Shown here piece after piece: positions 38,401-47,000 of a DNA stretch of 64,000 nucleotides. A program made the position numbers and the translations under genes. The stretch is from a virus. The notes under the pieces were generated by a model that was not told the DNA's origin, did no database searches, and worked only from the letters and a program-made list of their open reading frames with translations. The stretch covers positions 1-64,000 of IMG/VR virus record IMGVR_UViG_3300009103_000003, one strand, 5' to 3'. Each line of letters begins with the position of its first letter. Position 1 is the stretch's first letter.

Positions 38401-39011
38401 AGAATATTCATTACGGAATGAAGGTTCGCCCGAGGAAGGAATACCACCTTACTCATGGATTCACTGAGTTCTTCATTCCGGCTCCAACGATTAAGATGAT
38501 TATGCCCTCGTCTGCTGCGTATGACATCAGAATTTGTGGGTTTTATTTCTGTAATGATGATCCCTCGCGGGTTAATATCCCGACAAAGGTCCCAGATGAG
38601 TATGGGGACCCTTTACAGCAAGAGGGTGTAATTGGAGGCTCCTGGGTGTTCTTTAGACATACAGAAACTGGTATTGAGATCCCTGTAAGTGAGTATCACT
38701 TTGAGCAGGGCGAGAACCCTGGGCAGATTATCTCTTTTCTCGGGAAAGACCGGGATGGCGAGAAGTTTTATATCAAAGGCGGTCCCGGCCAACCGAGTGA
38801 CGGGCACGTGCTTGAATTACACGTCCCAGAGGACCTTCCTGGGTTTGGTTATTATGATATTATTGTGCGTAATTACCGGCCATATCAGATGAAGGTTAAT
38901 GGTGACTGGCACTATCACATGGACGAGGACTCTGTCTTAAAGGCTTTCTACCACTCAGAAGAGGGCTGGGGGATTGCGTCTTGGGGTACAAGCCCATTTG
39001 GAGGAGTATAA
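32478..39011 (+). CDS. Giant baseplate wedge protein (gpI / gp7-like) with an interrupted PKD-like domain
   Basis: LVKKFLNEAKPAYTDFILV matches the gpI-type KPAHT motif. RPIASA...GQSIQFAGNNSYDPSGKNIDYNWEL...FIPDKPGTYVVSLKV is PKD-like. Follows gpJ. Confidence 0.65.
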   Translation: MPVPASPKFDILDWNIRADSTTYADDRLLSDSVDPITQYAFISDLANIVNEDGFTTLRSDAATNVANTTVKTILQVSDELPQPVPQNFTFEFDVYLSDDIPKTFADVNHRVFIGAINQQGYTAGFIFSYDGIALAAYPEDPTHTILGGTKDLIFDDNGEFVSGINIRAVIDGENGRIGIYTSTADDAYALDPDITEAVLTYSLAAKKSTGLYNDCVYLQTSAPSALKLQETNPGDVFTEGEASQVTIGSLRLAGYKAIPEDRPIASASTEYQTIVGQSIQFAGNNSYDPSGKNIDYNWELDIYPEGSNASIQGAAYSVASIEIPGVPDPEVVVTLTYKRPTKRADGYKVILVEGPLESNLTMSWDSSKGELLVSLGRNENGDVVTSAADLVNAFRNSLAPGYDIEIAGGTTQINFSQPVASAQDDIFETNEIVSEQVTYPGIFRADLTAVSSTGTEKLVAGEFTFTGGNGSSLMNPIFIPDKPGTYVVSLKVHNGTRASLPVTETFNAAITNQLLSHRPNSDYLWKYIGDFWKLVPDKHQITSIWSAMTQAVSSDLVTAWQNDYAKAIRDVSRRYQRRWIHYDAKVDIPKGYTASIIQPNSLGKATVDILDVIQGSRTDTATTQEEHAIAPISVGKALLRTTLHTPSVVDVVGVTEAAGVASPKWSITTSGKDFPSFEVLAERRGGYFVADPDEFIQQTPARSTVFTDPTYPITNKLDVARDSIRLYDELGENPRLVRVSDTTPGQVQNTVRLQEGTGYGEIEDQIVDGFARKWDHLRETKNVYLQQSPYILLGDEILLDEYNLGLGDYLNLVVIDPYLSEEVDVSLPILAVGGQCIFVEWYPLLAALFAQSVVVNKEQVWTESDLVNLSIVPKSFVMSRRLNTVPDLVSIPKLGITTINPSLEENIDYSILQSQIFITDWFAGTLATVAGSERVYPESGTLTHTLLSAAFQNAGSLAFLAEDSLGIDTLCLGAGDSSVYKIVEYHTDGSLSLDRPMEHSATGLYYWAPRFGAYNPAPNMFWAEVSYFDNWKTIENNFGLYVGFPKELLEEYDENLDYLSVTKSIWFAFLSGPHFDNLQLGIQSFFDLPYSEVRGQITYIEEPTEFEDGRIFITDENGRGHTYFYPKRANIATNPNTGEPYAALEYPLYWDLIQEDGVYYQLIDGDKFEVDPGVLATMESAKVAAYAKLVDVVKVEDYISDPDLVGRQFSGTVSTYIDEYGNTHIVDQEPSRVEKYHKFIVDVPMDVTQSTAVFPLVKKFLNEAKPAYTDFILVGSLQLSDEISCIDNLLLKPTLTLHDTPHTSPFWAKADGTKTTDEGVQYLDVPKGWPLTNEREELLWPKQKTIDKIASIDYSGLLAQAVLEHAPQNFHVRITPGDYYIVFGQENELVWNTFEYGVCVVPPQGNVPPYQMNWATLTDLGAALHEFPPTNRSIGFFLPGDPNFHIYDTTSRFLTPENNFYGIDGVRISITRRVPIAGTNMNLLTLNNQNIKFYMFDDTAANMLAAFPPMITYWDNSDVFEKYEAGYCEGVLDDYSGDGSWNFNRATLDMVNTVNSDIDVVRSRLMVPVKKDTSAAQEDIEFEVGEPIAIHINGNLATPSIWDEAPPVLLHIGAGNHPKIPAFDPGDATKGIFSPQFDHPNTYLLLGFDRSDTDDKHLWDEHSSNKDYNAYGDESRLDVITELYDATVGPVPPPVITLVGTRSGAIAEIVTPLGDDVVRRANPNHTAFPGMVVPPLYPYFLLETIWQQDKLIEYGPASDPCLFLTKYLPVDSGVGPYPNGTGGITLEDWWRAAPTFDGGYAETSALFGGIISNITAGGGMGADPEVSTIHSHHLAIGDVVPIWNTDQTTIAPGTVQLDGDYVVSNIISASSFAVTSASPVEAGTFGYVGHSPTFHEMSERHEKELQQHPYRPFDPVGEQFIPSNSPGAYSDWQTVLNPSIEKLVYGYKDEGALNAGNSINIQDWEYSPAVTTYLQNIHYGMKVRPRKEYHLTHGFTEFFIPAPTIKMIMPSSAAYDIRICGFYFCNDDPSRVNIPTKVPDEYGDPLQQEGVIGGSWVFFRHTETGIEIPVSEYHFEQGENPGQIISFLGKDRDGEKFYIKGGPGQPSDGHVLELHVPEDLPGFGYYDIIVRNYRPYQMKVNGDWHYHMDEDSVLKAFYHSEEGWGIASWGTSPFGGV

Positions 39012-39014
39012 GCG

Positions 39015-42000
39015 ATGGCTACTCTAGTTATTTTACATTCAGGAACTGGTGGCCAATCAAACAGCGGCACTCCCAACTCTGTTCTATACAACGAACGCGC
39101 AACCATTGGCTCCCTGGGGGAGCGTTGCAAGGTTTGGCTCGACCGAGATAATGATCCAGCTAATCCTACGGAAGCGTTTGGCATTGCCTTGGGTGAGTTT
39201 GATTTAGACTCATCTTCTTGGGATTTGTTTGGTCCGGACGGAGACCCCGTACAGCTTGTGCCAGGATCGGGGAACCCGACTTCCAGTGGTACATTCGCAT
39301 CACCCCAGGAATTCGAGCCAACCACGCCCGGTCGCTGGCTTGTGCGCGTCAGCGCCCAGCCTTGGATTCAAGATCCAAACCCTCCTGGAAATCTTATTCT
39401 GGGAGATGCACAAGAGTTTACAGTTCTTTTTGAGATCCAAGACCCCAATGTAATTGGTAACCCAAATGCAGAGCATCCCGGACCAAATGCCGGTGACTGG
39501 TCCGCAGGCACATCTGTAATCGCCGCAAATGAGACTATTGAGTACGACGTAGACGAGGGCTGGTCCCGAAGCGTTGAGCGCTACCTAAACACCGTCTCCA
39601 AGGGTCTTGGCGGTAGACGTATAGCGACTGGGGTCAACCAATCCACAGTCGGGGGGAACCCCATCGCTGTACCAACAGACATTGGTAGAGCAGTAACCTT
39701 CACTGCTGAGGCGCAGGAAAGGTGGCTTAAGACTGACGCGAGCTTGGAGGATTTCCAGAACTACGTTATTCAGTTTGAATACATTGATGCCACTATGTCA
39801 GAAGCGGTGATTCAAGAGTCGCCCATCTTTCTGACCCTGCATGACCAAGTAGGCTTTGGTGAGCGCAGCTATCTTTTGGTTGATGGGCTGATCCCCTTTG
39901 ACACTGACACCATAAATGGTGGTGCTGCTGCCGCTGTAGGCGACCGTGTTTATCTTAGTGACACAGGGGAGCTAACAACAGATCTCGCCCAAATCGCTGC
40001 CTACCCAGCAAACCCGGCAAAAGTCCGCGTGGTTGGCGAGGTTGTGACCGTTGGCTCTGATACCCCAGTCATCTCGGACCACCCTGGGTCGATCTGGTTT
40101 CATGGGTCAACCCCTATGCTCCCCGGATTAGTTACTGGCCCATTAGCCAGCCAACACGACCATATTGTCCGATGGGATGGGACTACGGGCCAAAAACTCA
40201 AAGACAGCGATGTTCAACTGGACCAGACCGGAACACTCGCGACCTTCCAGCCAACAACGAACGCAATAACCCAGTTTCATTTATTTCCGGGCACTATCCT
40301 AGGAACCCCCGCTGGTGTTTTCATTGATGGTGCTGCCGATGATGGTGCTGGCGTACCGATGACCAAGGTCGGTATAAATACAGACTTACCGGAATCTTAT
40401 CTACACATTGCTGGCACGGGTAATAACGACCAACCATTTTTCATGCTATCTGAAGGGGTTACCGACAGATGGCTTCTTGAGGGTGATTTTGGTGCCGGGT
40501 CCTCTCATTCTGTGGTCTGCAAGTCCGCCTCTTTGACCAATATTATGACTTGGCAAACCACCGCCAAGGGGCGTGTGGGAGTAGGTACAACCGTTCCCCT
40601 GACAAAGTTTCACGTGCAACATCAGGGCACGGGTCCAGACGGTGAGCCCGCTGCAATCATGATTGAGGCGACCACCCCAACACCCGGCTCTGGCGCTATT
40701 GGCACCAAGCTAATCATGAAGGCGAACACAGACGCTGGGACTACGCCGAATAGCTGCTCGATTATTTTTGCAGATGATACGCTCGCTGCGGGCGCGGGCC
40801 AGATTAAATACGATAATAAGTATTCTGGAGGCACCCCACATCTTGATGACCTCATGACCTTTACGGTCTACAGGGGCGGGGTTGGGCCTTTTGACGCCTT
40901 CCATGTGAATAGTTACGGGGCTTCCGTGTGGGCAAGCATTGTCTCCCCACCCGTGTTGGCTGACGCAGCGCACAGCTTCAAGGTTAACGGAAATAGCCTT
41001 TTTGATGGCGAGATCGTGGGCTCAGGGAGTGCACAGGTCGCTGTTGATGTTATTGCTGGTAATGATGTGGCCGCAGCAGGGGATGTTTTTGCTGGTGGTA
41101 CTGGCGTGTTTGGTGGTCAAGGTGCCTTTGGCGCTGGCGGTATCTCTGGTACCAAGGCTCTTACCGTAAATGGTGACCTTAAAGTTACCGGGGTCATCGA
41201 CCCAACAGCTTTGATCTTTACGGAAGAAGACCCGAACAACGTAGCTATTGCGGCTGGTGAGGCGGGTCTTATTGTATCAGATGGTAGCGCCTACGCGGGC
41301 GCTCCTACAGGAGCTAACAAGCTTTACTACAAAGACTCTGCTGGTGCCCTCACGCAACTAGGTGGCGGTGGAGGCGGTGGAGGTATCGCAGGTCCCGCAG
41401 CATCCACTAACCATGCGATAACCCGATGGGACGGTGTCAATGGTAATGCGCTACACGATAGTGGTGTAACTCTTGAAAGCGCCCCGAACCCAGGCGGTGA
41501 ACTTGATTGGATCATTAAATCCGGTGACGATGGCTACAATGGGCCGTGGCCCCAAAACCTCACAATCCGGGCCCACCACAATGTTTTTAATGGTGTCTTA
41601 GCGAGCGCGTCTGACCTCCAACTCTTTGGGGGAGATAATCTCGGGAACACTTCCGAACAGGCAGGCAACGTAGAGATCAAATCAGGGTCAGGCATAACTG
41701 GCGGAAAAACGTATGTGTATGGCGGCACCGGTACTCCCTGGGGAGCGGGTCTCGGAACCCTAGGAGGCAGTGTTAAAATAGAAGCTGGCCTGGGGGACAA
41801 CGGTGGAGAAGTAGAGATATATGGTGGCCATGGGGTCGATCCAGCCGGGTCGGGCGGTAATATCAATATACACGCCGGGAAAGCGGATTTTGCTCCAGGG
41901 GAGTTGTACCTACATGCTGGCGATGTAAACACTGCTGGGAGCAACGCCAATGGCGGTAATGTTGAGATCTCTGGTGGTGTAGCAGATGACGCTGCCGGGA

Positions 42001-43403
42001 GCAACGCCAGTGGCGGTGATGTAAGAATCTATGGTGGTAATGGCGCTGGTTTTGGCGGCACCCTGCTAAACGGCGGTAAGGCAACAGTTGCTGGTGGTGA
42101 CGCATTCAGGGGCGGCTCTGTCAGTATTCATGGTGGCGCAGGCATAGGTGGCGCAGGAAGCACTGATGGTGAGGTGAACATAGGCACTACGTCTGTCCAC
42201 TCCCAGATGAGATGGACGCAAGCGGCCACTGGGCCAGTGGGACTAGAGCAGAAAACTGGGATGATCGGGATCAACTGTATCGCTGATGATCCAGCTATCC
42301 TTCCGAACTTCAAGCAGCTTCTACTTCCCGGCGATGCCCTCGCCAACAGGCTAACGGTCAAAGGCTCTATTACGGTTACTGGCCTTGTAGACCCTGCTGG
42401 GGTTGTATTCAAAGGTCAAGCCGGAAACCCGGCAGAGGGAATAGCCCCACAGGATGTCCAGAACTCCACGCTGTGGTTGGATAATAATTACAATCTCATG
42501 ATAGGCACCAACCAAGTAGGGGTTGGGCTCGCTCAAGGTGAGAATGTTTGGCAAACAGCGCTGAACTGCACTGTCTATAACTGGACAGAGGGGACCGTTG
42601 GTTCGAATGACGGACCTGAATGGTTTGATGGTGGCGGCAACAAGTACACTGTTCACTATGGTAGTTTCGGTGCGCATTCAGACAGCAACAAGAACGGCCA
42701 CGGTCAGGCGGCGGTTCTCCCATATGGGTGTGATATTATTGGTGTAACCTACAGGTATAACCATCCAAACGCGCTTCAAATAGCAGGAGAGGGTCGGGTC
42801 CTTTTGAGGGTTGGAGTTCTCCCAAACTCCCAAACCATATCGTCGTCCGCCCAAGACTTAGGTGACAACACGGTTTGGGCACCTGGGAGTGAGGTTCAAT
42901 GGAATGCGAGTAATAACGGGACTCACCCACAATCGGTAGTATCTGGTTTACGGATTCCGGTTCTTTCCGGGCAGTCTATTGTGATGCAGGTTATGGAAGA
43001 AGATATTACTATGGAGCAATTAGGTGAGATCTCTTGCGTAATATGGCTTCGAGGTCAGAGTCAGGCACCTGTTGGTGCGGGCCACCTTGTTCCAAGAGCG
43101 ATTACTACTGAGTCGGGCAACCCGGACTCCCCTTATGTTATTCAACCAGAGGATGAGCTTCTTCTGGCTGATTTAAGCAGCAGAGCGTCCGATGTGGTGA
43201 TTCAGCTTCCTAGTGCGACTGCGACAGGGAGAACGCTCACCATTAAAGATAGTAAAGGCCTTGTTTCGGAGAAACACAGCGTTGTGGTAATACCCGATGT
43301 GCGGACAAAGCAAACTATTGATGGCGCAACTCATATGAGATTTACACAACAGTACAGTTCTGCCACCTTCACTGCTGATGGTAATAACTGGGTAATACTG
43401 TAA
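39015..43403 (+). CDS. Modular tail fibre protein
   Basis: Duplicated GP.AS..H.I.RWDG..G..L.DS.V and LTV.G...VTG..DP modules, G.VG.GT beta repeats, Gly-rich GG.V.I.GG repeats, and a C-terminal LPSA..TGRTLTIKD...TIDG...DGNNWVIL domain typical of fibre tips. Confidence 0.75.
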   Translation: MATLVILHSGTGGQSNSGTPNSVLYNERATIGSLGERCKVWLDRDNDPANPTEAFGIALGEFDLDSSSWDLFGPDGDPVQLVPGSGNPTSSGTFASPQEFEPTTPGRWLVRVSAQPWIQDPNPPGNLILGDAQEFTVLFEIQDPNVIGNPNAEHPGPNAGDWSAGTSVIAANETIEYDVDEGWSRSVERYLNTVSKGLGGRRIATGVNQSTVGGNPIAVPTDIGRAVTFTAEAQERWLKTDASLEDFQNYVIQFEYIDATMSEAVIQESPIFLTLHDQVGFGERSYLLVDGLIPFDTDTINGGAAAAVGDRVYLSDTGELTTDLAQIAAYPANPAKVRVVGEVVTVGSDTPVISDHPGSIWFHGSTPMLPGLVTGPLASQHDHIVRWDGTTGQKLKDSDVQLDQTGTLATFQPTTNAITQFHLFPGTILGTPAGVFIDGAADDGAGVPMTKVGINTDLPESYLHIAGTGNNDQPFFMLSEGVTDRWLLEGDFGAGSSHSVVCKSASLTNIMTWQTTAKGRVGVGTTVPLTKFHVQHQGTGPDGEPAAIMIEATTPTPGSGAIGTKLIMKANTDAGTTPNSCSIIFADDTLAAGAGQIKYDNKYSGGTPHLDDLMTFTVYRGGVGPFDAFHVNSYGASVWASIVSPPVLADAAHSFKVNGNSLFDGEIVGSGSAQVAVDVIAGNDVAAAGDVFAGGTGVFGGQGAFGAGGISGTKALTVNGDLKVTGVIDPTALIFTEEDPNNVAIAAGEAGLIVSDGSAYAGAPTGANKLYYKDSAGALTQLGGGGGGGGIAGPAASTNHAITRWDGVNGNALHDSGVTLESAPNPGGELDWIIKSGDDGYNGPWPQNLTIRAHHNVFNGVLASASDLQLFGGDNLGNTSEQAGNVEIKSGSGITGGKTYVYGGTGTPWGAGLGTLGGSVKIEAGLGDNGGEVEIYGGHGVDPAGSGGNINIHAGKADFAPGELYLHAGDVNTAGSNANGGNVEISGGVADDAAGSNASGGDVRIYGGNGAGFGGTLLNGGKATVAGGDAFRGGSVSIHGGAGIGGAGSTDGEVNIGTTSVHSQMRWTQAATGPVGLEQKTGMIGINCIADDPAILPNFKQLLLPGDALANRLTVKGSITVTGLVDPAGVVFKGQAGNPAEGIAPQDVQNSTLWLDNNYNLMIGTNQVGVGLAQGENVWQTALNCTVYNWTEGTVGSNDGPEWFDGGGNKYTVHYGSFGAHSDSNKNGHGQAAVLPYGCDIIGVTYRYNHPNALQIAGEGRVLLRVGVLPNSQTISSSAQDLGDNTVWAPGSEVQWNASNNGTHPQSVVSGLRIPVLSGQSIVMQVMEEDITMEQLGEISCVIWLRGQSQAPVGAGHLVPRAITTESGNPDSPYVIQPEDELLLADLSSRASDVVIQLPSATATGRTLTIKDSKGLVSEKHSVVVIPDVRTKQTIDGATHMRFTQQYSSATFTADGNNWVIL
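41600..42190 (+). repeat. About 12 GG-x-V-x-I-x-GG-x-G protein repeats, including a 60-bp DNA-level duplication near 41937-42050
   Basis: AGNVEIKSG, GGKTYVYGG, GGSVKIEAG, GGEVEIYGG, GGNINIHAG, GGNVEISGG, GGDVRIYGG, GGKATVAGG, GGSVSIHGG. gggagcaacgcca occurs twice, 60 bp apart. Confidence 0.8.
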
Positions 43404-43425
43404 AGAAGATGGTTAGTAGGAGGCG

Positions 43426-44085
43426 ATGATGCTTTTATCAGATAAATTAGAACCAACGATCAATGTCGCGATTGGTGTATACGAGAACGGCAAGCTGATC
43501 GACCAAAGATTGAGCCACAATGTCGTCACCAACACGGGAAGAAACTGGCTCACCTTATTGGTTGGTTCTGATGACTACAGTACAGACCCGCCAAGCCCCC
43601 ACACTACGTCAAAAATTGGCTATATGGGGTTTGGGTGCGGTGGAGCATTACAGAGTAATACGCTATTCGCCACAGGCCAAACTGAGTTGGTTACGGTCAC
43701 CTCCCTGCAAGATCCTGTGCCTCTCCAAATAGTTGGTGGGCAACGCTTTTACCTGAAGCAGGTGGATAATCAGGCCAATAATAGTATTTATTTTCCAGGT
43801 GATTTTAGAACAAGATTTATTGTCGATGTGGCGGAAGCTGAGTTATCCTTTGCAGGAAATATTACAAGAGTATCCAACGTGCCCGTTGGAACCTCTGTTC
43901 CAATTTCTGAAGCGGGCTTGTATCTTACGGATGCTAATGCGACATTTACACATGAAGCGGTCCCCCCTATTTCTGGGGAGGCTGATCCAGCCCAGCCCAA
44001 TTATTTGGTGGCGTATAATATTTTTGATCCGATCAGCGTTACCCCAAATGTTGTTCTTAGGGTTGAGTGGGAACTGCGTTTCTAG
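43426..44085 (+). CDS. Tail-fibre attachment / tail-collar-like protein
   Basis: HNVVTNTGRNWL...IGYMGFGCGG...ISEAGLY...LVAYNIFDPISVTPNVVLRVEWELRF is the pattern of fibre-base (gpH N-terminal-like) proteins. SD AGGAGG. Confidence 0.75.
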   Translation: MMLLSDKLEPTINVAIGVYENGKLIDQRLSHNVVTNTGRNWLTLLVGSDDYSTDPPSPHTTSKIGYMGFGCGGALQSNTLFATGQTELVTVTSLQDPVPLQIVGGQRFYLKQVDNQANNSIYFPGDFRTRFIVDVAEAELSFAGNITRVSNVPVGTSVPISEAGLYLTDANATFTHEAVPPISGEADPAQPNYLVAYNIFDPISVTPNVVLRVEWELRF

Positions 44086-44097
44086 AGAGGTTTAAAC

Positions 44098-47000
44098 ATG
44101 TCTTATAAGTATTTTGGGAAACTAGTAGGGACGACGCAGGCGGCGGATTCCCAAAAAGATACCTCCCCGGCTAACACAACTACCCCCTTCAACCCCCAGG
44201 CTCCCGCCACAAAGTTCATGGCTTATGGTGAGGACGCCACAAGCGCCGCGTTCAATAGAGCCTTTAGCGCCCTCTCGACAAATATCGATCACATTAAGGG
44301 CGCTCTCGATGCGCCCGCGCTGCGGCAGGAGGTGCTCTCCCCGCTCCGCACATCCTCGGATAATCCGACTACCGGTATTGGCTTCCAGAGCTTGTCTGCG
44401 CATGACTCAGTAAGTAATCCAGACGGTATTAGCTCTAATCAAGAGTTTGTAGATCTCGCGGCTACGAATGGCGACCCGAATGGTGCCCCACCTGTGTGGG
44501 TTTACGTTGGCCTTCACAAAGAAGACCTCAGAAAATATTTCCGTTTATATGGGGCTAAAGAAGACGAGACCATTTATGGGTCTCGAACAGACATCTCTAG
44601 CAAGATAATCCTACGACCGAACTCAGCCAAAGTGTCTGCTGGCGCAGTAGTTGATTACTTCCCGGCAACAACTTACTGGGGTGATGATAAGCAAGGGCTC
44701 CCCTACAAGATTCCGCCGATTTCGGACATCCAGACAGGCCTCGCCCCCTACAACGGCTCCTCGTCATCTCAGCCTATTTTTAAATGGAGCACGGATGGCT
44801 TGCTCATTAGATCTTCCGGAGCCTCCTTCAGCGACTTATTCCTTCGCCCAGGATGCTATGTCGAGGTCGTGAATGATGGTGATCCGACTTCACCGAATTC
44901 AAGCAACAATGGTTTGTACCAAATTGCGCATGTCTCACATAGTGACGATGTAGGTGTTGGGGCTGTTGGTGGGGATAAAGCGGTACTTACTCGTGGTAAT
45001 CTTACCAAAGTCACCGTTGGCGACTACACGACCTACGAGCCTGGGGATTTGGTTTGTTGGAAGTCATACCCTGACCATAACAATGCGGCCTCTGCACCAG
45101 AGGACCGGACTAACTACGCTCACGTAGTAAGAATTATCCCTCGCGAAGATGTCACCCCCTACGCTGATGTGGGAGACATCCCCGGCGATCTGTACCTAGC
45201 AAAGATCGGTGCATCCGAAGACTTTCTTGGTGGCAAGGCTGATGTTCAAGGTTTCCAGTCGGGAGGTCGTAGATCTTATGGTGATGTAGGCCTACCTGAC
45301 GCAGAAGAAGGCGCACACGAAAATTGGGTGATGCCTAAAAAACAGCCGACCGTAGATGGTACGTACCTTTTCCGGTACAACGGGATGGCATGGGAATACG
45401 AAGAGGTCTCGGAAGTAGTCGCTCCCAGCGCACCGGTTTCCTTTTTGTTGGATAAGAAGCCTGGGCAGTTGATTCCCTGTAATCCCCTAGGATTTCTGCT
45501 CAACCCAACGCTTGTGTTTGAACCGGGTCAGCGCCCTGTTCGCGGGGATTATTACGCACACTGCCACACGCTTACCACCGTTGGGGAGCAACTCCGTTCC
45601 AAGGGCGCTTCTGCTGTGCGCGGGAGCTTTGAGGACCCCGGCGTGGCCGAACGCTTTAACCAAGGTGATATGCGAGCCATTACTGACTTGGCTCGTCATA
45701 TGCGGATGGGTTACTCGCAATGGAAACCGCCTGCTCAAGGCAACTCCCAGTTTGCAGACTACTTCACTCCCACCCGAATGACCTTGGGGTCAGACCTTTG
45801 GTATTTGGAGATGGAAGCTGTAGGTGGCGGTGCCCCAGATTACGAGACTACATCAAGAACTCAGGGGTTCAACGAAGGGGATACATGTGTTCCACTGATT
45901 CACCCTGACGGGGTGAAGACAGCCACAGGGACAATCGTATCCCTTGGTGGCAACTTTGTTCTTCTTCGAATGGTTGGCGACTCCACGCAAGGTTACACCC
46001 ATAACTTTTCCACCGTAGATACTGGACAAATTATTCTCGGGGAAGCTGAAACGACTAGTGAAGGCTGGTTTGGTGGAGCCTCGTCAAGCCACACTATTGG
46101 CGCTACCACGTATAAGGTAAAGCAGGTTTGGAGCGGAAGTAAGGCGGTTTCTCAGTCTGGGAACACCTACACACCAACCATAGGTTTAAACGCCGCTTTC
46201 CATAATGATTATGACGCCAACCCGTACGCCCGAGGCCAACACGCCCAAGGTCACTGGATTCACTACCTCAATGGCTCCGATACGTTTACGCTCCCCCAAG
46301 GGGGGATTGGTAATCATTTACGTCTAGGAAAACCGCTGACGGTGCTGGCTAACGACGATCTTGTTGGTGGCGCTACACAGAGCGGGTTTCGTGTACGAGG
46401 CCAAAGCGATGCTGTCAGCGGAAGGTCTGTAAGCCTTATTGAGTTTGTTGGTCGCGACATGAACGCAGCCTTGGGTGCTTCTGTTGAGCTTCACTCGCAC
46501 CAAACAGCGTATACAGGAAATAATACCAACACACATGCCTCTCCGGGGTATAGCCGGTCCCTAACGTTCTTTGACGAGTGCACACTTACTGATCCATACA
46601 ACTTCCAGCTTGGTCGAGGAGCTTACTCAGGAATCCCACTTACTTCTCCGGATGCAGCCGCAGATTACCGAGAGATCTCCAAGCCAGGGGCCGATGGTGA
46701 AGGTTACTTGGTTCACGGAGGCACGTCCCGAGCGTTTAGCGGGAGATCTATGCCTGAGGAGACGGTTCAGGTTACTGAGCACCGGGTCAGTGCGCTTGGC
46801 TCCACGATGGGCCCTTCAATAGCAGAGGCTGTTGAAGCAGCAATTCCGGGCAGTCACAACCCCGACTTAACTGGCACGTATCAAATGGACCAGTTTGGTG
46901 TGTGGTCTAACGGACTCCTGCATGGCGGGGCACTCTCGTGGTGGGAGAACGATCAAGATGTTCGCGGCGGGGTGTACGGCTATGGAGCAAACGACAAGGA

